Below the pieces are notes generated by a model, which made no database searches, was not told the DNA's origin, and saw only the letters and a program-made list of their open reading frames with translations. From NCBI GenBank assembly GCA_017420505.1, contig JAFOIY010000079.1, positions 1 through 45,555 on the forward strand: a DNA stretch of 45,555 nt, read 5' to 3'. Source of the stretch: Solobacterium sp. GTDB lineage: Bacteria > Bacillota_I > Bacilli_A > Erysipelotrichales > Erysipelotrichaceae. The position numbers and the translations under genes were made by a program. Shown here piece by piece: positions 9,958 through 18,586 of this stretch (its first letter is position 1; the number at the start of each line of letters is the position of its first letter).

Positions 9958-10775
9958 TCTTTGATCTGCTGGCGTCCGGTTCCCGCGGCAATGCGTTCCT
10001 GCTGAGGGATGAGGCGATGTGCGTACTCATCGACTGCGGCGGAACCAGACGCTGGCTGCTGCAGTGTCTGAAGGAGAAGGGGGTCTCCCTCAAGGAAATC
10101 GACGCCCTGCTGGTCACGCATGATCACACCGATCACGTATCCCAGATCTCCTTGTTCAAGGATATACCGGTCTGGTCGCCGGTGGACCTGAGCGTACCGA
10201 CGGTGCCGGTCAGGGCGGATCATCCGTTCCTGCTCGGGCATCTGTCCGTCTATCCGCTGGCACTGTCCCATGATGCGGAAGCCACGGTCGGGTACATCAT
10301 CGAAAACGGCACCGAGAAGCTGGTCTATGTAACGGATACGGGATATGTGAAGGACGGGTATCTGTCCTTGATGAGAGGGGCGGACTACATCGTTCTTGAA
10401 TCGAACCATGATCCGGATCTGCTGATGCATACCGGAAGACCGTATTACGTCAAGCGGCGCATCCTTTCCGATGCGGGGCATCTGTGCAATGAAGACGCCT
10501 GTGAAGTACTGGACGCTGTGGTGACACCGCGTACCAGGATGATCATCCTGGCCCATATCAGCCAGGAAGCCAATACCCGGGAGGCTGCTCTGAAGGCGGC
10601 TGCCGGACATCTGTTGAAGTATCACCGCGATCTGAACCGCAGTCTGATTGTTTCTGCGGCAGGTCAGTTCGAGCCGATACATGGAGGTAATGATGAAAAA
10701 GTGGATCCCGGTACTGTTTTCCGTGCTGTTGGCATGGAATGTATGGCTGAGCGTACGGATCGCAAGGATGGATAA
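9954..10775 (+). CDS. MBL-fold metallo-hydrolase, YycJ/WalJ family
   Basis: LASGSRGNA, LIDCG, THDHTDH, SHDA, TDTGY, LESNHD, GHLCN and AHIS motifs; upstream of an htrA-like gene and rlmH. Confidence 0.88.
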   Translation: MIFDLLASGSRGNAFLLRDEAMCVLIDCGGTRRWLLQCLKEKGVSLKEIDALLVTHDHTDHVSQISLFKDIPVWSPVDLSVPTVPVRADHPFLLGHLSVYPLALSHDAEATVGYIIENGTEKLVYVTDTGYVKDGYLSLMRGADYIVLESNHDPDLLMHTGRPYYVKRRILSDAGHLCNEDACEVLDAVVTPRTRMIILAHISQEANTREAALKAAAGHLLKYHRDLNRSLIVSAAGQFEPIHGGNDEKVDPGTVFRAVGMECMAERTDRKDG

Positions 10776-11691
10776 TCAAGGCATTCTGCCCGGTACGGCA
10801 GTGGAGGAGAATGTCGTGCACAGCTATTCGTCGGAAGCGACGGAGGCGGTTGCCCGGACAGAGGACTCTGCTGTACTGATCCGGGCAGGCGAGGATTACT
10901 ATACAGGCTTTGTCTATGCTCAGGAGAATGACACGGTCTATATCATCTGCCGGGCTTCCCTGGTCGGGTCTGCCGGTTCGGTTGTCTTCCGCAGCGGACG
11001 TGCGGAAGAAGCAGCTGTGGTCGGTACGGACGATCTGCTGGATATTGCTGTACTGGCAGTGCATCCTTCCTTTCAGGTGGAAGCGGCTGCGCTCGGCAAT
11101 TCCGATCTGGTCAAGGCCGGAGAGTACACCATTGCCCTGACGGGCAGGAATCCTCAGACCCAGCGGGCTTCCATCGGCTTCGGCGTTGTCTCCAGGACGG
11201 GATATGACGCGTCTACGGGTATGTATGAAATGCTGGAGACGGACGCAAGGCTCCACAATGGTGCGGCAGGCGGCATTCTGCTGAATCTGAGCGGCGAGGT
11301 CATCGGCTACATGCCTTCCGTGGACGGACGGGCTGTCAGCGTGAATGAGCTGAATGCCAGTGCGCGGGAGATCATTGAGCAGGGTGAGGTCAGCCGGCTG
11401 TGGCTGGGCGTGGTCGGTGATGATGTGAGCGGTATGAAGCTCTATCACCGCAGTGCCTGGAATCTGCCGCTGGATCTTGCGGAAGGCATTTGTGTTCTGC
11501 GGGTGCTGCCGGATTCACCGGCTTTCGGTGTTCTGAGCGCCGGGGACGTGATCATTTCCCTGAACGATGTACCGGTAAATTCCCGGGCGGATCTGCGGAA
11601 CTGGTGCTATACAGCAGAGATCAGCGGTCCGGTGCAGGCAGGCATTGTACGCGGTACCGAGCGGATGACCGTGGAGCTGCAGTTCGAATGA
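10690..11691 (+). CDS. HtrA/YycK-like trypsin-fold plus PDZ protein with degenerate catalytic residues
   Basis: SD GGAGG at 10683-10687; N-terminal TM; DIAVL, LGNSDLVKAGE, ETDA...GGILLNLSGEVIG; WLGV plus PDZ (PDSPA, GDVII). GNSGG is replaced by GAAGG. Confidence 0.8.
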   Translation: MMKKWIPVLFSVLLAWNVWLSVRIARMDNQGILPGTAVEENVVHSYSSEATEAVARTEDSAVLIRAGEDYYTGFVYAQENDTVYIICRASLVGSAGSVVFRSGRAEEAAVVGTDDLLDIAVLAVHPSFQVEAAALGNSDLVKAGEYTIALTGRNPQTQRASIGFGVVSRTGYDASTGMYEMLETDARLHNGAAGGILLNLSGEVIGYMPSVDGRAVSVNELNASAREIIEQGEVSRLWLGVVGDDVSGMKLYHRSAWNLPLDLAEGICVLRVLPDSPAFGVLSAGDVIISLNDVPVNSRADLRNWCYTAEISGPVQAGIVRGTERMTVELQFE

Positions 11692-12164
11692 TACGGATCA
11701 TTGCGTGCGGCCGGATCAAGGAGAAATGGCTGAAGGACGGTACGGCGGAGTATGCGAAGCGGATCCGGGGCTATGAGAAACTGGAGATCATAGAGGTGGA
11801 AGACGAAAAAGCACCGGAGAACAATACACCGGCGCAGAATGAACTGGTAAAGCAGATAGAAGGGCAGCGGATGCTGAAGCAGATCCGTCCGCAGGATCAT
11901 GTGATCCTGCTGGATCTGGCCGGAAAGGAAATGGACTCGGAGGGACTGGCTGCCTACATGGAGAAACTGAACACCTACGGCAGCAGTTCCTTGGTATTTG
12001 TGATCGGTGGCTCCCTGGGCGTTTCGAAGGATCTGATCGAGCGTGCGGACTGCCGCTGGAAGCTTTCTCCCAATACGTTTCCGCACCAGCTCTGCCGGCT
12101 GATTGTTCTGGAACAGATTTACCGGGCATACCGCATCCGTCATCATGAACCATATCACAAGTGA
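11688..12164 (+). CDS. rlmH: 23S rRNA (pseudouridine1915-N3)-methyltransferase
   Basis: MIRIIACGRIKEK start, FVIGGSLG, FPHQLCRLIVLEQIYRA, PYHK end; ATGA coupling with the upstream gene. Confidence 0.95.
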   Translation: MIRIIACGRIKEKWLKDGTAEYAKRIRGYEKLEIIEVEDEKAPENNTPAQNELVKQIEGQRMLKQIRPQDHVILLDLAGKEMDSEGLAAYMEKLNTYGSSSLVFVIGGSLGVSKDLIERADCRWKLSPNTFPHQLCRLIVLEQIYRAYRIRHHEPYHK

Positions 12165-12167
12165 TTC

Positions 12168-12196
12168 TTGTAAGTGCTTACATGTTGGGATAAAAT
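12168..12196 (+). promoter_or_regulatory. SigA promoter of ptsH overlapped by a cre-like palindrome
   Basis: TTGTAA (12168-12173), 17 bp spacer, TAAAAT (12191-12196); TGTAAGTGCTTACA at 12169-12182. Confidence 0.7.
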
Positions 12197-12227
12197 AAAG
12201 AATGTAGAAATGAACGGAGGTCAGTCT

Positions 12228-12494
12228 ATGGTAGAAATTACTGTTACGATCGACGATCCTGTCGGACTGCATGCGCGTCCCGCAACCGTGGCTGTAAATG
12301 CAGCAAGCAAATTTGTCTGCGAAGTGGATGTGACCTATCTTGACAAGACGGTCAACATGAAGTCGATCATGGGCGTTATGTCCCTTGGTGTACCAACGCA
12401 GTCGGAAATCACGATCACCTGTGACGGGGATGATGAAGAGCAGGCAATCGAGACCATCGTGAACGTACTGCGCCAGCAGGCAGTTATCAAATAA
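12228..12494 (+). CDS. ptsH: Phosphocarrier protein HPr
   Basis: GLHARPAT (His15) and NMKSIMGVMSLG (Ser46); SD GGAGG before the ATG at 12228. Confidence 0.95.
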   Translation: MVEITVTIDDPVGLHARPATVAVNAASKFVCEVDVTYLDKTVNMKSIMGVMSLGVPTQSEITITCDGDDEEQAIETIVNVLRQQAVIK

Positions 12495-12547
12495 AGCAAG
12501 TATCAGAGGCACCTCCGGGTGTCTTCATGTTTTGAAGGAGAAAGAAT

Positions 12548-14239
12548 ATGGATGCAGTAAAGAATTATGAGAGATGGCTGAACCATCCGGATCTGGACCC
12601 GGCTCTGAAGCAGGAAATGGAGCAGATGAACGAGGAACAGATCAACGATGCGTTCTACAGTATGATCGAATTCGGTACAGCGGGCATGCGCGGTGTGATG
12701 GGTGCCGGTACGGCACGCATCAACATCCATACCATCCGTAAAGCGACCAAAGGATTCGCTGACTGGATCAATGAACAGGGCACAGCAGAGAAAGGCGTTG
12801 CGATCGGCTATGACAACCGGCACAATTCCCGGAAATATGCGTTTGACTGTGCGTCTGTACTGGCGTGCAACGGCATTCCGTCCTTTGTGTTTGATTCCCT
12901 GCGCCCGACACCGGAGCTTTCCTTCGCTGTCAGGCATCTGCGCTGCACAGGCGGCATCATGATCACTGCCAGCCACAACCCGGGCGAGTACAACGGCTAC
13001 AAGCTGTATGACGACCAGGGATGCCAGCTGGTGCCGCATCTGGCAGACGCTGTCACGGAAAAAGTCAACGCTGTCACGGATGAACTGTCGGTAAAGGCCG
13101 ATCCTACGGAAGAGCAGCAGAAGATGATTACGGTCATCGGTGAGGACGTGGACCGGGTCTACTATGATGCTGTGAAAGAAATCCAGCTGAATCCGGATGT
13201 ACGCAAGGATGATGTGAAGATCGTATTCTCTCCTGAGCACGGAACCGCCAATATTCCGGTGCGCACCATACTGCAGGAGTGCGGATACCAGGTCATTCCG
13301 GTGCTGGAACAGTGTACTCCGGATCCTGACTTTGCAAAGACTGCTTCCCCGAACCCGGAAGTGCACGGGGCATATGAGCTGGCTCTGAAGTATGCGGAAG
13401 AAGCACAGGCGGATATCATTCTGGTCTGCGATCCGGATGCGGACCGTATGGGTGTCGGTGTGCGGGACGGCAATGAATACCGTCTGCTGACAGGCAACCA
13501 GTCCGGTGCTGTGCTGATCGAATACATTCTGTCCCAGATGAAGGAGAAAGGCCTGATGCCTGAGCATCCGGTCATGTTCAATACGGTTGTGACTTCGGAT
13601 CTGGGCGATCTGACGGCAGCGAAGTACGGTGTTGAGACGGAGAAGACCCTGACCGGCTTCAAGTTCATCGGTGAAAAGGTCGCGAAGTACGAAAAGACCG
13701 GCGAAAAAAACTATGTCTTCGGCTATGAAGAGTCCTACGGTTCCCTCATACGTCCGTTTGTCAGGGACAAGGATGCCCCGCAGGCATGCTTGATGCTGGC
13801 AGAGGCGGCGTGCTGGTACAAGGAGCGCGGTATGACGCTCATGGATGTGCTGCGCGGCCTCTGGAAGGAGCACGGGTACTACAATGAGTCCCAGGTCTCC
13901 ATCGTTCTCTCCGGCGCTTCCGGCGCTGCGAGGATGAAGGAGCTCATGGACAGCCTGCGCAATGACCGTCTGACGGATATCGATGACGCGCGCGTTGTCC
14001 GCTGGCAGGACTTTGAGACCATGGAGGAAGGCGATGATCTCGGTGTTTATGAACTGCATGGGTTTGTAAAGTCCAATGTCCTGAAGTACTTCATGGAGGA
14101 CGGTTCCTGGATTGCTGTAAGACCGAGCGGAACGGAGCCGAAGATCAAGATCTACTTCTGCGTATGCGGTTCTTCGGAAGAGGAAGCGGAGGAGCAGAGC
14201 GAACGCTACCGTGACGCAATGAAACTGCTCATGGAATAA
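12548..14239 (+). CDS. pgm: Phosphoglucomutase / phospho-sugar mutase
   Basis: [29 protein letters not shown] and [10 protein letters not shown] motifs. Confidence 0.92.
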   Translation: MDAVKNYERWLNHPDLDPALKQEMEQMNEEQINDAFYSMIEFGTAGMRGVMGAGTARINIHTIRKATKGFADWINEQGTAEKGVAIGYDNRHNSRKYAFDCASVLACNGIPSFVFDSLRPTPELSFAVRHLRCTGGIMITASHNPGEYNGYKLYDDQGCQLVPHLADAVTEKVNAVTDELSVKADPTEEQQKMITVIGEDVDRVYYDAVKEIQLNPDVRKDDVKIVFSPEHGTANIPVRTILQECGYQVIPVLEQCTPDPDFAKTASPNPEVHGAYELALKYAEEAQADIILVCDPDADRMGVGVRDGNEYRLLTGNQSGAVLIEYILSQMKEKGLMPEHPVMFNTVVTSDLGDLTAAKYGVETEKTLTGFKFIGEKVAKYEKTGEKNYVFGYEESYGSLIRPFVRDKDAPQACLMLAEAACWYKERGMTLMDVLRGLWKEHGYYNESQVSIVLSGASGAARMKELMDSLRNDRLTDIDDARVVRWQDFETMEEGDDLGVYELHGFVKSNVLKYFMEDGSWIAVRPSGTEPKIKIYFCVCGSSEEEAEEQSERYRDAMKLLME

Positions 14240-14253
14240 TGCTGAGAACAAAG

Positions 14254-14281
14254 GAAGTGATTCTGAATCACTTCTTTTTTT
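14254..14281 (+). terminator. Intrinsic terminator after pgm
   Basis: GAAGTGATT-CTG-AATCACTTC followed by a T-run; TGtTATAGT immediately after it may be the glgB extended -10. Confidence 0.8.
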
Positions 14282-14319
14282 GTTATAGTTATATAAACGG
14301 GAAAACGGAGGTTTTTGTT

Positions 14320-16170
14320 ATGAATCCTCGGCTTATACAAGAATTCCATGAAGGAAGATGCCTGGATGCCTGGCGCGTTTTCGGTGCGCACACAGTGTGC
14401 GAAGAAGGCCGTCACGGCGTACGTTTTACAGTATATGCACCTGCCGCGGCTGAAATCAGCGTCATCGGCAGTTTCAATGACTGGCGCCCGGATGAGTACC
14501 GTATGCAGCGCACGGAAGCTGCCGGGATCTGGAGTCTGTTCATACCGGATATACCGGAAGGAGCCTCCTACAAGTACTGCATCCGTACAGGAGACGGCTC
14601 CCTGCGCTGGAAGGCGGATCCCTATGCCTTCTTCAGCGAAGTCCGTCCGGAAAGCGCCAGCCGGGTCTGGGATCCCGGACACCTTACTTGGAGCGATGAG
14701 GAATGGATGAAGACCAGAACCAGGAACTTCGATAGGCCGATGAGTATCTACGAGGTCTTTGCGGGCGGCTGGAAGAGCTGTCCGGAGCAGTATAGGACCT
14801 ACCGTATGCTCGAAGAGGAACTGATTCCCTATGTTCTGGAACACGGATATACCCATATCGAGCTGATGCCGCTGAACGAGTATCCCTTCGATGGTTCCTG
14901 GGGCTACCAGCCCAGCGGGTACTATGCGATGACATCGCGCTACGGCAGCCCGGAAGAAGCAGCGTCCTTCTTCAATGCCTGCCACCGTGCGGGCATCGGA
15001 ATCATCATGGATTTCGTGCCTGTGCACTTTGTCAAGGATGATTTCGGACTGCGTTTGTTTGACGGGAGCCCGTTATACGAGTATCCTAATGAAATGGATG
15101 CCGGCACGGAATGGGGTACCCTGTACTTTGATCTGTGGCGGGAGGAAGTGCGTTCGTTCCTGATGAGCGCTGCTTCTTTCTGGCTGGAGGTGTACCATAT
15201 TGATGGAATCCGGGTGGATGCGGTGTCCAATATGATATACTGGGGCGGTAATTCCAACCGGGGTGCCAATGAAGGCGCACTGAATTTCATGAAGCGTATG
15301 AACTGGATGCTGCATGAACGCTATCCGCAGATCATGATGATCGCAGAGGACAGCAGTGCGTATGCCAAGGTGACGCATGGTTCCGTTTACGGAGGACTGG
15401 AGTTCGACTACAAGTGGGACCTAGGGTGGATGAACGATACCCTGAAGTACTATGAGCTGGATCCGGTCTACCGGAAATGGCATCACAATAAGATTACATT
15501 CTCCATGGCCTACTACTGGTCGGAGAGGTTCATGCTGACACTGAGCCATGATGAGAATGTCCACGGAAAGAAGACCATGGTCGACCGGATGTGGGGAAGC
15601 TATGAAGACAAGTTCGCCCAGGTGAAGAACCTGTACATGTACATGTTCGCGCATCCGGGCAAGAAGCTGAACTTCATGGGCAATGAGCTTGCATCGTTCC
15701 GGGAATTCGATGAGATCAAGGAGCTGGACTGGTTCCTGCTGCAGTATCCGCGGCATGATTCATTCCTGCGCTTCTTTACGGATCTGAACCATGTCTACCG
15801 TGACCATCCGTGTATGTGGAAGTATGATTTCCGCGAGGACTTCGGCTTCCGCTGGGTGGATCCGGATGATGCGGAGCATTCGGTCTACAGTTTCTACAGG
15901 GAAGATGAGAATGAGTATGTCCTCTGTGTCCTGAACATGACACCGGTGATGCGGGAAGGGTTCCCGGTCTCTGTGCCGCAGGGCGGATGGTGGAAGGAAC
16001 TACTCAACTCCGAACAGGATATCTACAACGGATGCGGCAGGGTGAACGAACGTACCCTGCGGACATACCGTGAAGAGTACAGGGGATTTGCGCACCGGAT
16101 CCGGGTGGATCTGGCTCCGTTCGCGGGAATCTGGCTGTACCATAGGAAGGGCAGAAAACAGCATGTTTAG
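14320..16170 (+). CDS. glgB: 1,4-alpha-glucan branching enzyme
   Basis: GH13: WGYQP, DFVPVHF, DGIRVDAVS, IAEDS, KWDLGWMND, LSHDE. Start placed at ATG 14320 after GGAGG. Confidence 0.95.
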   Translation: MNPRLIQEFHEGRCLDAWRVFGAHTVCEEGRHGVRFTVYAPAAAEISVIGSFNDWRPDEYRMQRTEAAGIWSLFIPDIPEGASYKYCIRTGDGSLRWKADPYAFFSEVRPESASRVWDPGHLTWSDEEWMKTRTRNFDRPMSIYEVFAGGWKSCPEQYRTYRMLEEELIPYVLEHGYTHIELMPLNEYPFDGSWGYQPSGYYAMTSRYGSPEEAASFFNACHRAGIGIIMDFVPVHFVKDDFGLRLFDGSPLYEYPNEMDAGTEWGTLYFDLWREEVRSFLMSAASFWLEVYHIDGIRVDAVSNMIYWGGNSNRGANEGALNFMKRMNWMLHERYPQIMMIAEDSSAYAKVTHGSVYGGLEFDYKWDLGWMNDTLKYYELDPVYRKWHHNKITFSMAYYWSERFMLTLSHDENVHGKKTMVDRMWGSYEDKFAQVKNLYMYMFAHPGKKLNFMGNELASFREFDEIKELDWFLLQYPRHDSFLRFFTDLNHVYRDHPCMWKYDFREDFGFRWVDPDDAEHSVYSFYREDENEYVLCVLNMTPVMREGFPVSVPQGGWWKELLNSEQDIYNGCGRVNERTLRTYREEYRGFAHRIRVDLAPFAGIWLYHRKGRKQHV

Positions 16171-18586
16171 TGACAAAACGACATTCAAAGAGGAGTATAC
16201 AGAGAAAATCGTATCTACCTACGGACGTTCCGTAGAGGAAACATCAGCGATTGAACGCTATCTGGCGCTGGGCGAGATGATCCGGGCATATGCTACGGAG
16301 AACTGGTACCGGACACAGATGGCGCTGAGGGAGCAGCATACGAAGATGGTCTACTATTTCTCGCTGGAGTTCCTGATCGGAAGGAGCCTGGAGAACAATC
16401 TGAAGAGCCTGGGGCTCTATGATATGGTCCGTGATGGGCTGAAGGAACTGAAGGTTGACTACGAAGATCTGAAGGAAGCTGAAGCGGAGCCGGGACTGGG
16501 CAACGGCGGTCTGGGAAGGCTGGCAGCGTGCTACATGGAGTCCAGTTCAACACTGAACCTGCCGGTGCGCGGTATCTGCATCCGCTACAAGTACGGTCTG
16601 TTCCGCCAGGAGATCGATTCACTGGGAAACCAGATCGAAAAACCGGATATGTGGCTGAAGGACGGCTTCCCCTGGGAAGTGCGCCAGCCGAACGAGGCGG
16701 TGGAAGTGGACTTCTACGGTTCCATTGATACATCCGTGGATGCCGGCGGGGATCTGCGCTTCCGTCACTACAATACGGTGAAGGTTACCGCGGTTCCGTA
16801 CGATGTTCCGGTGATCGGTTCCGGTACGGAAATGACGAACAACCTGCGTCTGTGGTCGGCGGAGCCGTCCGCCCAGGCGCCGGAGAACCAGGACTACCGG
16901 AAATATCTGTCCGATGTGGATGCGATCTGCCAGAACCTGTATCCGGATGATTCTACGGAAGAGGGAAAGATGCTGAGGCTGAAGCAGCAGTACTTCTTTG
17001 TTTCGGCCGGTGTACAGACGCTGGTGCGCATGCATATGGAGCGCTATGGTACGCTGGACAATCTGGCGGAGAAGGCTGTCGTGCAGCTGAATGATACCCA
17101 TCCTGTTCTGGCGATTCCGGAACTGATGCGCATTCTGATGGATGAATACCTGATGTCCTGGCAGAAGGCGTTCGAGATTATCTGGAACGTGATGGCCTAT
17201 ACGAACCATACGGTCATGCAGGAAGCGCTGGAGCGCTGGCCGGCCGGAATGATCCAGAAGCTGCTGCCGAGAATCTATCTGATCATTGAGGAAATGGACC
17301 GGCGGTATGCAGCGTCGGTGCTGAACCAGTATCCCAACAGATGGGGCATGGTGCAGCGTACACGGATTCTTTCCGATGGTCTGGTGCATATGGCCAACCT
17401 GGCTGTCATCGGCTGCCACAGCATCAACGGTGTTGCGAAGATCCATACGGGCATCATTGAGAACGGTCTGTTCAAGGACTTCTACGAGATGTGGCCGGAG
17501 CGTTTCTCCAACAAGACGAACGGTGTCACACCAAGACGGTTCCTGCTCTACGGCAATCCTGAGCTTTCGGCATTCCTGGACGATGTGATCGGCACCGGCT
17601 ACCGGAAGGATCTTTCCGAGCTGGAGAAGCTGATGGACTTTGTGGATGATCCGAAGGTGCAGGACCGCTTCCTGGCGGTGAAGCAGCAGCGCAAGGATCT
17701 GCTGTCGGACAGAATCTACAAGGCAACAGGTGTCATCGTTTACCGGCATTCCATCTTTGATGTACAGGCAAAGCGCCTGCATGGCTACAAGCGCCAGCTG
17801 CTGGCCATTCTGTACGTGATCTCTCTGTATCAGAAGATCAAGGAGAATCCTTCGATGATGATCGAGCCGCATACCTTCATCTTTGCGGCGAAGGCGGCTG
17901 CGTCCTACCGGTTTGCCAAAGCGGTGATCCGGCTGATCAACGCGGTCGGCAGAAAGATCAACAATGATCCGGATGTGAAGGGCCAGCTGAAGGTTGTATT
18001 CCTGCCCAACTACCGGGTAACGATGGCTGAATACCTCACCAACGGTGCAGATATCAGCGAGCAGATCAGTATGGCCGGTACGGAAGCGTCCGGTACGGGT
18101 AATATGAAGTTCATGATGAACGGTACGATTACACTGGGAACCCTGGACGGTGCGAATGTGGAGATCGATGCTCTGGTTGGCAGGGAGAACGATGTCATCT
18201 TCGGTATGAACGTAGACGAGATCCGGAACCGCAAGCCGACCTATCAGGCACTGGAACTCTACAACAGCAACGTTACGATCCGTAAAGCGGTCAGTTCTCT
18301 GATTGATGGTACATGGTCGGAGAACCGGGATGATTTCCGGATCATCTATGAGGAACTCATCCGGAAGAATGATGAATACATGGTCCTGGCGGATTTCGAT
18401 GCCTACGCAAAGGCACAGGAAGAGATCCAGAAGCGCTACCATGACCGCAGGAACTGGGCGAAGAGCTGCCTGGTGAACATTGCGAAGTCGGGCTACTTCT
18501 CCAGTGACCGTGCTGTACAGGAATATGCAGATGAGATCTGGCATGTATCGCCGGTGACACTGAAGGAAGATGAAAGCGTATCTTGA
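16163..18586 (+). CDS. glgP: Glycogen phosphorylase
   Basis: GLGNGGLGRLAAC, LNDTHP, AYTNHT, KRLHGYKRQ and EASGTGNMKF (PLP site). Confidence 0.95.
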   Translation: MFSDKTTFKEEYTEKIVSTYGRSVEETSAIERYLALGEMIRAYATENWYRTQMALREQHTKMVYYFSLEFLIGRSLENNLKSLGLYDMVRDGLKELKVDYEDLKEAEAEPGLGNGGLGRLAACYMESSSTLNLPVRGICIRYKYGLFRQEIDSLGNQIEKPDMWLKDGFPWEVRQPNEAVEVDFYGSIDTSVDAGGDLRFRHYNTVKVTAVPYDVPVIGSGTEMTNNLRLWSAEPSAQAPENQDYRKYLSDVDAICQNLYPDDSTEEGKMLRLKQQYFFVSAGVQTLVRMHMERYGTLDNLAEKAVVQLNDTHPVLAIPELMRILMDEYLMSWQKAFEIIWNVMAYTNHTVMQEALERWPAGMIQKLLPRIYLIIEEMDRRYAASVLNQYPNRWGMVQRTRILSDGLVHMANLAVIGCHSINGVAKIHTGIIENGLFKDFYEMWPERFSNKTNGVTPRRFLLYGNPELSAFLDDVIGTGYRKDLSELEKLMDFVDDPKVQDRFLAVKQQRKDLLSDRIYKATGVIVYRHSIFDVQAKRLHGYKRQLLAILYVISLYQKIKENPSMMIEPHTFIFAAKAAASYRFAKAVIRLINAVGRKINNDPDVKGQLKVVFLPNYRVTMAEYLTNGADISEQISMAGTEASGTGNMKFMMNGTITLGTLDGANVEIDALVGRENDVIFGMNVDEIRNRKPTYQALELYNSNVTIRKAVSSLIDGTWSENRDDFRIIYEELIRKNDEYMVLADFDAYAKAQEEIQKRYHDRRNWAKSCLVNIAKSGYFSSDRAVQEYADEIWHVSPVTLKEDESVS

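Noticed and set aside
12147-12164. rlmH 3' end resembling the SCC-type integration site (GAACCATATCACAAGTGA)
   Set aside because: No recombinase, second copy or cargo follows; ptsH starts straight after, so the site is empty.
12506-12525. Hairpin between ptsH and pgm as a terminator
   Set aside because: The stem is short with G-U pairs and has no immediate U-run; it may be a stabilising or processing hairpin, too weak to call.
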